Shown here: positions 38,701 to 52,372 of the stretch, piece by piece
How the letters are laid out: each line of letters begins with the position of its first letter
Position numbering within the stretch: the stretch's first letter is position 1
From: Raillietiella orientalis
Taxonomy: Eukaryota
NCBI GenBank assembly: GCA_036172245.1
Contig: JAYWIR010000024.1
Coordinates: forward strand, 558,001-622,000
Direction of reading: 5' to 3'
DNA: 64,000 bases
Translations under genes and position numbers: made by a program
Notes under the pieces: model-generated
Seen by the model: the letters and a program-made list of their open reading frames with translations, nothing else
Database searches by the model: none
Told to the model about the DNA's origin: nothing

Positions 38701-40989
38701 ACATTTCCAGGCACTTTCCTTTCCCTTTGAACCCTGCTTTTGGCCGCTTCAGATTTCCTTGCCAACGGGAGTTTGGAGGACATTATTTGCTGAACCCTGG
38801 CTTCGGTTGCATTATGAGTTGGCTGGTTCCCACGTAATCGAAATCTCTTCCTTTCGCACCAACGCTTCCCGGAGGCGATTCTTTTGAGAAGTTGACGACC
38901 GGGAGAGGCAGAAAAAAAATCTTTGAAAGGTTCCGATACTCTTCACTTCGCCGCTGCTTCCGATCCGCCTCACGCCGCGTGGAGACGCTCTAGCCCACTG
39001 CAACCCATCTGCATCAGTCGGCAACGGTCCGTCCGATGGATCCCTTTCCGTTCTAAGGATCGCTTAATCGATGCCGCGCTTACTGGTACCCGATCAGTTT
39101 CTTTTTCCAGTTCCATCATCCGTTTTGGATATCTGTGCATCTCGAAAAACCGTTCTAAAGACGCATCCCCAAGAGCAGTCTGTAGGACCCTCTCGTGTCT
39201 GATCTCCACGAACACAATGAAGCTTTCCTACCTTTCCGATGACCATGAATCGACCAGAGTTCCATACCCTGTAAAGAGAAGCGCGTGAGGGTCATGTGTT
39301 CTTGGTTTTCTCATGAAAGGTGCTTTCTCGATCCTAAGGGTGCCAAACGAAGACTTAGCTTTCAAAAGAGGAGCCAGTCTCAAAGAAGGAACCGGCATCG
39401 CGTCAACCGAAAGCTTTCCGCAACTGCTACCTCACGCTCAGGATTGTCAAGGATCACCAAGTGCTGCTTACCAATCCCCGCCCTCCTCTTGGCTGAGTGC
39501 TCGTCGGGTTCGCTCCCGGATGCCAGAGAGGGAAAATCGGGAACCCTCGTAGACTACCATGAATGGATTGTCCCGCAACCAGGAATGCGCCGCCAGATAA
39601 AGGGTCTGCATGACGAGAAAGGATTCCTGCCGCATGGTCAACAACCGTACGTGTGTGTATGTGATTTGAGGCTGATTTGCCAAGCAGTTCCGATTTACAT
39701 CTTTCCGATATCAGACTGATGCTCGCATGCAGATGCGAAAGTTATCTCACTCATCACAGAATCGCTACACTTTCCCACTATTTCCTACTTCATGCTGCCA
39801 GAGAGTTTCCTTTTTCGCTGTTGTTGTTCTTGTAAATGGTTCTTTCCAAGGAACACTTTCCAATAAGCAGAAACACCTGCTGCTTGAGGAACGTCTAGCA
39901 ACCCACACAAATGAAGAAATTTTTAACAGAGAGGGGGAAAGACAGAGGACCTTTATTCCCAGGAGAAGAGGAAGCGTGACGCAAATGCGCTTGACCACTT
40001 TCTGTGAGCAAAGCTGCCAGGAGTGGCCATGCTACAAAGAAATTTCATTTCCCTAAAGCAAGGTGGGATCCTTCGAGCCGATAGATGTGCATGTCCTCAC
40101 GAGTGCTTTCTGTGGCTAAAAAAAAAAAAAAAAATGAAATGAAATTTTTGGATTCAGTTGCTCTTGTGCGCTTTGGATGCTGGACAGGGTTAACGGAATT
40201 TCGATTCTACTCTCTCTGGGGGAACAATGAATCCGCTGGAGCGGGCTTGTCTTGGAGAGATGCGCTGAGCAGATGCTCCCGTTCCTGATTTTCGCCATCC
40301 GTCCACCCATTCTGACCAGTCTGCGCACGGATTGCACTGACGGGATGGCATGAAAGAAGAGAAAGGCGAGACATCTCGACGTACTTCTCCAGGAACGCTA
40401 CCTACTATCGTCGCGCAGAGTGCTCCTGGCAAATCTGGCCTCGTCTCTCGAGGGAAGGAAGCAGCGTCCCTACACGAGGCGCACGCCGCACCCAATCGAA
40501 AGCAAGGCGGCTGCCTTCAGGAAGGCACGTGACTGAGTGGAGTTCTGTTGGGTGGCATACCATGTACCCCCGCTGATGTGTTGATCTGCGTTTAGCGCTT
40601 TCTGGAGATTCTCGTGATGCTGCCTCGCAAGCAGGACACAAAAACCTCTCTTTGGAATTTCATCCTGTCGGGTGAGCCAGAGGGAGGAACCCTAAAGTGA
40701 CAGAGGACCCACTTATAATGTAGTCGTCGCTGCTGGCGCTTGAACGAACGCCGTTTATCCCTTAGCAGCAGTTCCAATAAAACGAGCGCGATTGTATGGG
40801 CTAGAAGTGGCCACTCGGGCTGAGCGCGAGACTTCGCTGTCCCGATTCGCAGAGCCCATGGAATCCTTCAGCCGGGAAGGATGCTGCGTTCAGCCTGAAA
40901 ATTGGCTGCCTCCACATAGAAGTGGACGCTGATTTGAAATCAGCAACTGAATCTTCAAGGAATGAGGAAGCTGAGTTCCGGATGAGTGC

Positions 40990-41670
40990 TCCGAAAGGGA
41001 AAGGTAGTTCTCGGCAATGGTGAAGGAGGAAAATAAGGAGCCAGTTCAGTCACAAGAGGCTTTCCAGACCAGATTGTGGGAAGCCGCAGTTCCTTGAGCC
41101 ACCAGAAATACAGCCTGAGTTGGCGGACGCATGGCTGCGATCTCCTCACGTGGTACCACGTGCTGCGGGTTTGAATCACTCCCGGGGAAGGACCCATGCT
41201 GGGGGGTGCGTCGTGTGTTTCGAGTTCCCCCCCCTCCCCCCCTGCAGGATGATGCTAGCCGACCAATAGGCCTCCGGCGTCATCCTGAGGTGCGGGACTC
41301 CAGTCTCGGGTGCGGTACCAGTGGAAGCCGGATGCCCCCCGGTGACTGGCTGGGATTGGAAGTTGACCCTCCGGGTCCTTCCAGGAATCAAGGAGCCGTC
41401 TCCCCTTGAGCCCTTCGGTTGAGGTGCCCTGCGGTTGTGCAAATAGATCCTCCCCCCGCCTCGGGGGGCACCCTTCATCGGGTACAATGGAGTGGGTTGA
41501 TACCCCCTTCAGAGAGGTTGCCTCTCCAGGGTGTAAGAAGCGCTCTGCTCCCTTCAAGAGGTGGACCCTCTAGAGGAAATCGGAAGCGTCTCTTTGGGGC
41601 TCTCTTCAGAGGAGGAAACAAGGAGCGGATCCTTTGCGGGTTCTCTTCGGTCGAGAAATCCAGGAGCGCC
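40990..41670 (+). mobile_element. tRNA-headed SINE-like unit joined to LINE copy H
   Basis: GTTGGCGGACGCATGGCTGCG...GGTTTGAATC head; about 500-bp body homologous to 57460-57880. Confidence 0.6.
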
Positions 41671-43095
41671 TTGTAGAGCAGTGAAAGCTCCCGAGTCCAG
41701 CTGAAGGAGTTGCGTGCTTCGCATCGGGACGGCGGTCTCGACCTCCTAGAGCTGGAGCGGATGGTCATCCAGCTGCAACGGAGAACGATGGACATCGCTG
41801 AGAAGTACGGAAGTGCCCTTGGTGTGTTCCTGCGCGTCCCCTCGCCAGCCACCGTGTATCTCACACGGAAGACTTGTCACCTGCCTTTTGTGCTCCGGCC
41901 GGAAGGTGAGAAGATGCAGTCTCCTTCTCGGACGCATGTCCAGCTTGGAGAACGACTGGATGGTCTGTTGCCTCGCCAACTCCAGCGCCTGACTGGAAGA
42001 AACAGCTGGCGTATGGGCGGAGTTGAGCGAGCCCAGCTCAGAAGAATGGAACTGTCTGCGACTCGGCATCTGCACCCGATGTTCGCTGCGGAAGATCCTC
42101 GAGGATTCCAGCATGAACTCATGGGCGGAGCAGACCCCCTCGCGGCATCGATGTCCTCCCTGAAGAGGGCACTTGGCAGCAGCCAAACGCCGAGATGGGA
42201 TGTCTCCTGCGAGATCACAGACAGGAAGAAGTTGATCAATGGATGGACCATGGGGCAGCTGGCGGATGCTGCGACCCCGAATGCCTTTCTACGAGGATTA
42301 CAGTGCTGAGGCGAGCTGCTCGGAATTCTTACTGGAGATCTGGAGTGGCCCCCAGTGCTCAAGAACAGCAATGCCCTCCCTCTGGAGTGGCGGGAGTTGG
42401 CACTTCTGCTATTGCTCTGGGGTTTTCCCTGCAACGCACGCCGACACCACGGGACGCTGGGGAGAGAGAACCCGGACTGTCGCTGGCACGGGGAACGGGA
42501 ATTCCTCCCGCACCTGCTTGTGGACTGTGTTGCCCGCCCCCTATGGAACGTTTCGGAACGACCTTCCGAGTCCTAGTTGGCAACCCGATCCGGAGCTGCT
42601 GTTGGCAACCCGCAGGAAGAGAAGTCGGAAAACATCTCCTCTTCATGTAGAACTCTTTGCAGTCAGCCGCAGCCTTAGCAGTGCTTTGCTGCATCCGCGG
42701 AATTGCGGCAGCCTGGAGAGAAGCCGCTGAAGGAAGAAACGGGAGGGACACCCTCCAGTCTGCAGTTCGCTTTCTGAAGATAGGGGCCAGATGGTTCCAC
42801 CTCGGACTTATCCGGACAGAATTTGCCAGCATCCTGAACAGGATGCCGAGGATGCCTGGCAGCGTACCATGATCCCTTCCTCGATTTCACTCCTTCCAGT
42901 GTATAATTTCTTCTCCCCCGTTTTGTTTGTTTATTTTTTGTTCTTGTTTTCCCTTCCTCCACGCTGTCAAAGCGGACCTCGCCTGTCACTGGCCACTGGT
43001 CCTCAACAGGTTCAATGCGCGTGGGGTAGAACCGACGGTTCTACCACATGTATTTTTATTACCCAAGTAATAAATGCCCCTGCATAACCGGGTGA
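41670..43095 (+). mobile_element. LINE copy H, 3' part
   Basis: SRVQLKELRASHRDGGLDL, LPLEWRELALLLLLWGFPCNARRHH, VLCCIRGIAAAW; AATAAA...CCGGGTGA end. Confidence 0.88.
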
Positions 43096-44236
43096 TAATT
43101 ATTCCAGAAAAGCGTGTCTCTCAGTACACAGAATTTATGGCAGAATCTGTTCTCACTCGAAGAGGAAGAATGAAACGGATGGTAGCGTAGACTGATAGAG
43201 GATTGGCTGACTTGCATCAGTAAGTAACAGCAGACGTTGTGTTCGGGATTTCTTTGAAAGCAACCAGACCTCACAAATATGGCACCACTTGGGAGTATTC
43301 AGCAAAAAGGTCTACATGATCTGATGTATGACTCTTGCAAGCACGCGCTAAATCCGTAGCACCTCACAAAAGATACGATGACGGTTCCAGGCGAAGACTG
43401 CATTGCGGCATCTCCCTCGCCCTCGGGACCACGACTTTTACTTGTTAATGAACTGCTGACGATTATGGTTCCTCTGGGTGGTACAACTGATCCTCTTGCT
43501 TCGAGATGCTGCTCAGAAGGAGGAGGAATGCGATCGTTTAAGGAAGGAGTAGCCTGTGTCTCGAGAATGAATTCGGTGGCTTCCTCGTCAACAGCTCCAG
43601 TGCGATGCAGCTGCATGCGTTTCCCCTTGCATATCCTGAGAAGACTCGGAAATCTTTCCTTGAATACCTCTCCGTGAGTCTGTGTTAATTCCAGTGATGC
43701 GGCCTCACGAACAGTATCAATAGCCAAAACAAACTGCAGAGCAGTTTGTGTGCATCTTTGCTTGGAAATCATGATGCCTGCGGCAGCAGGGCATGCAATA
43801 ATTTCATTCATTACAGTTCTTTCCATGAAAACTGTTATGTTGCGGTGCAGAATAAATGGCAGAGCCAGAGCTGGAAAGATAAAAAGGAAAAGAAACATTG
43901 GAACCTTCCGCTTTCCCTCCCACTCTCAGAAGAAACCCAAGCCAGGCGCCCACGCCGTCGATCGCAATCCGTCGCCCACAGGGACCCGGACGAACGGCGA
44001 TGCTATCGGAGCACTGGAAAATCGCGAGAACGCTGCCGGTGTCATCCAATGCAGCAGGGACAAACCTACTAGGCGCAGGGGTGCTGGAAGACCTTCCCGA
44101 GAGTTTTGCGAGTGTCCGGGAGGCGACGAGACACCTTTTTAAAATGCTATTACCGATGCAGACACGGGTGTTGATTGAGACATGCGTACGGAGAGACATG
44201 TACTGTACAGAGACGTTTTCAAGCTGCGCGCGAATT

Positions 44237-45800
44237 AACCTGCCCCTGGTCTGAGTGCGCAACCATCTCCACCTGCATCACTCTCCGGTAATGATGAATA
44301 CTGTTCCAGGGCGTTTATTTTTATTCTTATTTTTTACAAAAAAAGCAACCAGGAGTCGTTGGGGTTTCTCATCCCACCAAGTCCGAACATCCACTGGGGG
44401 CGCTGCCGAGGTCCACAACATCAGGAGGGGTTGAGGGATTGGAGAAAAAGAAGAACAGTCTGGAAAAATGGGGGAGGGGAAGGGAAGGGTTCACATCTTG
44501 AGAATTGCGGTTCCCTGCATCCTTTGCAGGCGAGCTCCTCTTAATAGCTGTGCAGGTGGTTCGGCCTCGCCGTGGTCCAATGGAACTGGATGGAGAAGAG
44601 AGTGGTGGAACACCTCTGTCACGCCGTCCTATCTCGGCGCCGTTCCTGGAGGCGAAGGCTCCGCGTAGGCAGCACAGCACTGCGACGGCGGCAGTTGGCG
44701 ACAGGCATTCCGCACAAAGAGGTTCCTCAAGATGTTTAGTGAGTTGTCCACTGGGGAAGGGAGGGACTCGGAGAAACGCTACCACAGTGCCCAGAGGGCA
44801 GCGCATCTCACTAGCAGGGAGATGGGGGGGAGGGGGAAGTCTTGTTCTCCTTGCACCTAGCACAGTTGATGCTGACACTCCCCCTCGTCTGGTGGTGGCG
44901 GCGCACGCTGCACGAGAGTGCCCCATGCAACGCCGGCAGCGCCGACTGCTGCCACGATCCATCTGCGGGGGGCGAAGATTCCGGGAGAAGACGCAGAATC
45001 GCCCGAAGAAGGCTTCGTAGGTCCAGCAATGCCCTCTTGCTGCAGCTCTGTCATCTCTTCAGGACAGCCAAGACAGTCAGCAGCCTTCAAGATGGAAAAT
45101 AAACTGCGAGATCGCAGAAAAAAAGAAGCCATTGGGATGCTGGAAGGCGCGTCAGCTGGCTGACGCTTCCATCCTCGCCACACTACTCAAACCTCCTCCA
45201 AGTCCCACCCATTTGGAAGAGGTGCAGTCCACCCGGGGTTTTTGGACACCTCCCTCCTTCTCTCGAAGTGGCAAGACTCCCGTATTTGGCCTTCACCACT
45301 GAACCAGGGGAGGGGTGGGACCCGAACCGTGGCAACTGAGACGGAAGGGGGAATCTCCCTCCCTATACCTGCTTTCCTTTGCGTACGTCCCCACGCAGAG
45401 CGTTCGGGAACGTTGGACCGCTTCCCCGGACTCACCGAGAGATGATGCGAGAAGCGTGCCGAGAGGCCTCTTCGCTCGCAACGGAGTCGCTTGCGGCGAC
45501 GATCGCAGCCTTGTGCTGCTCAGGCGGCGTCGTGGTGGCGGAAAGCTAGCTACGACGTCCACGGAGGCCGGACGAACAGACACGCCTTTCCGTTGGCGAT
45601 CTCCGTTTCGAGAATGGCCGAGAGATGGTCACATGTCTCTCGGCAGAAGAAGGAATGCGCCGTCATCCTGCAAAAGGTGTAGAGGACGCGGGAAATTGCA
45701 GTGCGACCCCGTCCCTTGCCCTTCCAGCATTTGTTGTTGGATATTCACTTATTTTTGTTTCTCTCCCTTTCTTCTCACTTCTCCGCATGTGAAGATATTC
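44237..45800. repeat. Donor locus of the 1.19-kb duplication; the plus-sense LINE fragment continues to the ORF2 C-terminus
   Basis: 44237-45425 matches 13165-14351; 45430-45780 continues AALCCSGGVV..ECAVILQKV* and a T-rich UTR. Confidence 0.85.
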
Positions 45801-46449
45801 CGGCAAACTGACCCTGAGCAGGGACTCGCTCCGGAAATTGTCCTCCCTCTGCCGAATAACGGCTTTTTCTTTTCATCTCCGTTGCTTGTATTGTGAACAC
45901 TGCTGTGAAAGAATGCTGTGAACATCCTTTTGCAACAAACGCCCCGGTGTGACCTGCTGAAAATACACGCGACGGCTGCTGAGATGTTTATTGGCGCAGA
46001 GAGCCAAGCGGCGCGCAGGTAGTGCAACAAAGTGGGCAGGAGGCATTGGCCATTGCAGTGGCTCCAGAAGCAGCCCCTGGTTGGCGCAGCCGAAAGGTTG
46101 CGTTGGTTGGCAACGGCTGCCGGGACACTCGACTTGTCCTTTCCGATGCAGGTCACCTTTCTGTGGCCAGACGGCGCTGCGGTGGGCAGCCGAGCCACAC
46201 AAACTGAAGTATTTTGCGGCGCCCTTACGGTTCAGCTGAAAGGTGCAGGACTGCGCCCAGAGGAAGTTCGTCTCCATGCTTCCAGTAGTAAACCTCCTGA
46301 ACTCTGACCCGCCCCTGAGGCGGCTTTCAAGTTTGCACCGGATTTTTTCCTGTTCTTTCTGGTCGCCAAATCGATCGAATCACCCGAGCGAACCAGAAGA
46401 TTGAAAAGTTCCAGAAGTTATAAGACTGGTAACTGCCTGTAGAGACAGC

Positions 46450-49400
46450 ATGAAGGCCTTCCTTCTCCTCATGACGAGGAATCACGGAATCTTGGGATTT
46501 CGCCTTCTGTTGCCTCGTAATCGCCCAAAGAGTCCTGGGCACACTCCAGAAACAGTGGGGAGCGAGAAGGGAGTGGAATTGCCTGCAGCGCGGAAGAGGA
46601 GCCGAAACTTTAAGCTGTGGAGGTCGACGCGGCTGACCCACGAGGCCACACCAGGGTACGTTGCGCAAAGTCCTCTACCAGGGAGCGTCGGGATCTACTG
46701 GGAAGATTTCGAGGATGCCGGCGCCTCCACCCTCCATCTCCGCGTCACGAGCACGCCGCCATCTTGTTGATGCAGATCCGGGAGCCCCTCCCCGGAGAGG
46801 GTTGCGTCACCACGCTACAACAGGAGTGGAGGATCCCAAAGGAATATCCCTACAGAGCAGTCATGGACGCCCTCCCGCGCTCGTGAGCTTCGGGGATGCA
46901 CAGGACACTGAGGCAAGGCCGGACCCGCATCATGGGGATCGCTCCAACCGTGACCTCTCCCCAGAAACCACTAGGCGGAGGCTCCTCGCGTAGGGTCCAC
47001 GCCAGCGGGCGATACCTGGACCGGTGGTGCTGCCGTCGCAGCTCGCGTGAAGATGGACGAGGTCCAGCTGAGCGCTCGAGGCCGCGTTCGAGACGAGAGG
47101 GCACACAGCCGGCGACCTCCTGCCTGGTCCGAGTCCTTCCTGAACGAACAGGGCGGGCTGCCCCTGTCGGCAAGGTGCGCGGCGGAAAGCCCGTCCTTCT
47201 CGAACTTTTCGGTGACCCTGCCGAGAGCAGACGCGTGCCAGAACTCCCGTACTCCTCGAGGAGCTTCCCCCATCGGAACGGGAGGGAGAGACAAGGCTGG
47301 ACTTGCATCGTGGGTCCTCCTTAGGACCCACTAGATGGAAGGCCTTTTCCTGTCGCACCGACTGTTCAGCCACCTCGTGCCACCTGCAAGAACAGCGGCA
47401 GCCCCAGCACGGAAGGCTGGGACGGGTCAAAGGGAAGTCCGTCGAGTCGGTTGCCGACGCACTATCCCCTTCCTTCCACGCGTCTCCGACTGACGCAGGA
47501 GTCACCCCCTTCCTCTCCCTCTTCGAGCATCGGGATCACCGAGCTGTCTGGTCAGGGTCCCTGCCACGCGGAGCCACCTGCTCGCCGCTCCCTTCGCCGT
47601 GCGGGAGACTTCCCTTTGCCGCTGCGCGCCTCTAGGGACGGACCTTTGGTGGGTCCTGCTGGAGGTCGCCGCTTCACGGCAGAGTCACTGCGCGCTTCCG
47701 CTGTCGAAGGGAATGAGCAGAGGGATGGACTTCTGCCGCTCCTGGCCGATCCCTCGGCGCACGCGCGGGGAGGAGGAAGCTCGAACGTCTATCTGGAAGG
47801 ATGACCCGCTCTTCTCTTCGCCCCGGGACAGCGTACTTCTGTCCACCCTCCTGGTGCAAACCGGAAACAACGCGGGGACGGTGAGGTTGGCACTCGCGAG
47901 TCAGCAACTCCAGCCGGCGGGGTGATCCCGCTTTCCCGAGGTCACCTACCGCGGCGAAAGACGGGAGACTGCAGGGGCGCCTCTACCTCCTGGTCCTAGC
48001 GTTCTCCAGATCCCACTGCAGTCGCTACCGAGAAGGCACATGAGACACAGGGGGACCCGGAAAGCGGAGAGGCAAGACGTCACCGGGAGACCGCATCCGA
48101 AGGGTCCGTGGCGCCTTCCTTTCCTTTCCGACAGGCCCGGAGCTTCCGCGTCCCAGGAGGGACGCTCGCAAGAACTCGGCAGTCTTGACAGGGAAGAAGG
48201 CATACCTTCCGGCTGCAGAGGGAGGGTCCGTTCGCGGAAGCAGGCAGGCGTGGGTTCAGAGGACGAGAGAAGCAAGGGCAGGATGCCACGCGAGGCACAT
48301 CGCTAAGTCCCGCTGCCCTGCTTTTGCACCAAGAGTTCCGCCAGAAGCAACACTTCCATCCCAGCTGAGAAGAAGGGATAGCTGCAGCACTTGCTGGAAT
48401 CTTCGAACTCTGGGAAATCACCTCCTTCTCAAAGCTATCTCCGCAGCCTGAGCGCGCCCTCCCCCGGACGGCCACCTGGGCGTCTTCCTCGCTCAGCCAG
48501 TCAGCGAGCTTTCCTCGGCGTCATCAAGACGTGGTTGCGCGCTCTTGCATTCCCCCGCTACCCCGCCATCTTCATCCCGTCCTCCTCCCCCTAGGTCCGC
48601 TCACTATGGTCCACCCACCCTCCTGATTGGAAGAGTCTCTCTTTCACCGACCGACGGCGCTTGAGAGCGTTCGTCAGGAAAGAGATTCCCCGGTCGGTCT
48701 CCGATGTCTGTCCCCACCCTCCTGTGACAACAACCGGTCAAGAGGACAACTTTCCTAAGTCTGCGGTTTGGTTCCAGGAGCGATCTCCCGGAAGGGGTAG
48801 GCATGCAGCGCGCACGCAGAGGACCTCGCGCGCGCTCCGGTCAGCAGAGGCCAGGCACTGATGATGCTGCCACCCTGGTGGCAACGGAGTGCACATCCCG
48901 CTCCTAGACTACATCTAGCAGGGATTCCGCTCTTGTGAATGGCTGGACATCTCGAGGCGTGCTCTTCCCTTTCCCTCTCCTCCTTCCGGGGATGGGAGAT
49001 CACGAATCCTTCTCTTCCTTACCTGTTGTCTAGGCTGCGGGAGGCCTTGCAGGCCAAGACGGGGACGAGAGATGGCGGTTTGTCCGACTGGCCTTGGGCG
49101 AGTGTGCACCATCAGAGCAGGTCTCGCCTGCTTAGATCAGGGGGGCCGATCGACCTGAGCGCGCCCCTGGGTCATAAAAAAAACCTCTGCCTCCTCCTCT
49201 TCCTTCCTGCTTCACTCTCTCTCCGCTCAAGAGCCAGAGGACGGCGCCTGCGCTCCGGTGAGGGAGATGGGCCTAGGGAGGTTTGTTGCCCGCAGGAGGA
49301 CAGAGGAAGGAGAAAACCAGGGAGAGCTGCCCACACAGATCCAGCCTACCTGGAAGCGAGAACCAACCTCTGAAGCAGCGCTGCAGGAGCCACCGTTCCG

Positions 49401-49830
49401 CCATCTTGGAGTTATTTCGAGGATGAGCGCACGGAAGCGCCTTGAGAACCTCAGCGCCGCGTAGGGGCGCCTTCTTCGAACGTCCCCAGAAAACCCCGCA
49501 TGTCTCCGGATGCGGATTGCAGAACCCATTGCTTTCTTCCCTCAGTGCATGCTCGCCACCGTGCCAAGAGAGCAAGAATCTCTCCTTCTTCCCCCGTAAT
49601 CGCACCTCTCTCGCCTTCCCTTTCTCCTTTCCCTTCCTCCCCCAGCCCAAGCTCCGAGGGACGAACGTCGGATCGTCCCAAGCTCTTGCGACATCCGAAC
49701 CGGAGCAACGCTGAGAAAGGAGGGATCTACCCGGGCCTTCCTCCAAGGGATCGCTCGAAAAATGGGTTCGCCGGAGTCCCCTACGAATGCCCCATCAGGA
49801 AGAGGTAGCCCGGCGCAGCGCTCTTTTCTT
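46450..49830 (+). mobile_element. LINE 5' part relic (ORF1, APE, linker to RT start)
   Basis: CWNLRTLGN (48382-48420), SR-LDYI (about 48895), PI-QEEVAR (about 49790); ORF1-like DSVLLSTLLVQ also seen near 62825. Confidence 0.55.
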
Positions 49831-49999
49831 CCACCGGTGCTCAGGCTCTCCCAGCCGAGACGCTGCCAGGAGTCTCACTCTGGCCGGGTTTCGCGGTCGC
49901 CCTCTCAGACTGCCCGAGGGTGAGGTCGCTTCTGCAGCGGCGCGCGACAAGACTGGCGGGTCACCCGGGAGAACGGAAGTAAGCAGTGTGGCCGGGCGT

Positions 50000-52170
50000 C
50001 CACCCTCCTGGGGTCCCCACCCTGTAGGGCTCCTTAACCCTTCCGGGAACACCGCCTCCTTGTCGCGAAGGCAGGCGGCGGCCCGAATTCGTCGGGTGCC
50101 CTGCTGCCGCCGGCTGCTTCCAAGAGGTCAGCGGCTTCCCAGGCTCCCCTGCGCTCGAAGACACGCCCGGTGGTGACCCCGAGGCGCAGATCGCTCATCG
50201 AAAGAGGACGACGGGTGCGGGGAGGAGGAAGGAGGGAACCGTCCAGTCGCCTCGCCTCCCTCGGGGAACCGGGTGCTCTCGTAGGGACAGAAGGGAAAGG
50301 GGAGAGACGCGACCCGCCCCCTTCCTGAACTCCGGGCGGGTGCGGATCCTGGCTCACCACGGGCATCCTCCTCAGAGGAGACAACTCTTTCGGACGAGCT
50401 GCGAAGCCTCGGGTGGTCGAGGCGCGCCCGACTGCGCTCTCCCGGTAGCCACGGGCAGCAGGGCAGGTGGCACGACCGGTGGCAGTCGGGCTCCGCCTCC
50501 CAATGGAGCGACCGCGGCACGTGTGCGCCCCCGCGCTCTTCCGGAAAGGGCCGTTCATGCCGGTTCGCGCGCGGGACTTCCCGACGTCGCGGAACGGCGC
50601 CGGGAAGTCCCGTCGCGTGTCTGCGGGCGAGGGGAGGACGGCAACCAGAGTTTTCGCCTCCGCCGTCGGCACGGATCGTGGCTCCCAAAGGGAATCTTTC
50701 GGGGAGGGGCAACTCACAAAGCGCCTAGTGCGCACCTTTCCCCCTTTCCCCTTGGTGGATGTCCCCGGAAGCCTGTCCGGTAGACCCAGAGAGAATTTCC
50801 AAGAGAGAGGTCACAGAAGTCGGAGGAAAGCTGACGGCGACGCGTTTCCGCGCTCTCCTGCTGGCGGGTTGCCAAGTCCGCAAGATCCGCGAGAGAGGGC
50901 GCGACTGCATCCTGGGTGTGGAGGAGGAGGAGGTCTGTGGTCAGCTCCGCTCTACCGTTCTTGAGCGGCGGCGTTGCCGCGAGACGGGTCCCTCCTGGCG
51001 TGGCTCGTCTCTCCGCACGAAGGCGGCTCGCGCCTTTACGGAAGCGGAAGTGGATTGCGCCTCGAAAGACGGACGGAAGCCCCACCGCCGGCTTCCGGAC
51101 AGCTTCCCGGATGTGCTGTTCTTCTTCGAGCCACTGGATCGTCTCCAAGAGACCTGATGCTCCGGAGGCAGAAAGTGGGGAGGAGAGAGGTGTTCTTGCA
51201 GCCATCAGCCATCCTGACTTTGACCTTGGACCGCTCCCCTCCTCCTCGCGCTTCCGGGAGGAAAGGTGGCGTCTCGCGGTGCGCCGCCGCCAATGGACAT
51301 CCGGGCGGCTCCTCACGCTGGGAAGAGCATGAACCGAGTGCGCGGGAGGTGCTCGGGTGCGGATAGGGTTTTTCTGGCGTACCCTCGGCCATTGCAGCGA
51401 ATCTAGTTCGATGACCGGTAGGCATCATGAAGTGGCAGCATCCCGGATCGGACAGGCCGCCCGAAAACCGGCGTCTACCGGAAGGTCCTGACCGTACTCG
51501 GGGCTCTGAGACGAGGGTCGCGCTATCGCACCAAGCCGCAGAGGGATGGGCCTTCGAGGACTCCGCAGCAGCCACGGAGGATCCGGGAATCTCGTGGCTC
51601 CGACTGCTGCTGTCCTTCCAACTGGCCAGACCACATTCGGAGGGATCCACCTAGGGAAAGGTGAGGGGCCGAAGGTGAAGAGGAACAAAGGAGAGGAGAG
51701 TCGGGACACTCGCAGCGCCGAGGCTCTTCTGCCTGCTCGAAGTTAGGCAGACGCTGCGCCTGCGCGAAGATGCTCCAAGAAGATCGAGGGAAGAAACGCC
51801 ATCCTCTGCGTCTTCTGTGCGCCCAGGGAATCACTTCCGGCGCCAAGTCGCAGCCTCCGACAGCCTGACCGTGTTCTCGTCCAAGGACCCGTCGTGGGAA
51901 TGGGCAGCCGCCCCTCTTTCCCTGGAGTCGACCGGGAGTCTCTATCCTACCGGTTGACCTGGATAGCACGAGGATCTCCTCTGAAGAGAACATAGAAGGG
52001 ACGCTTCCCAATTTTCCCTGAAGGGTCGCTCCCGAAGGAAGCAGCGCGCTTCTTGCACTCTGGAGAAGCAACCTCCCGAGGAGGGTATCAACCAGGTCCA
52101 TAGTATCCGATGGTATCCTCCCCCCCCCCCCCCTCCCCGAGGGTTCGGGAGGCTCCATTTTCACGACCGG
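50000..52170 (-). mobile_element. LINE ORF1-like relic
   Basis: GSVPSMFSSEEILVLSRSTGRIE (RRM-like) and AQAQRLPNFEQ (eroded knuckle); GC-rich and frameshifted. Confidence 0.35.
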
Positions 52171-52372
52171 ACGAGAATCGCGAAAGGAACTGAATTCTTA
52201 ATTCCTGGAAGAATTCCGGAGGGTCAACTTCCAATCCCATCCAGTTAACGGAGGCATCCGGTTTCCAGCTCTCACCAGTGCTGCACCCGAAGTCTACAGG
52301 CCAGCCAGCTTCATCTCGCGGGGGAACTCGAAACTCACTACATCCTCCGTTCTCAGAGTCGATGTTTTATTT

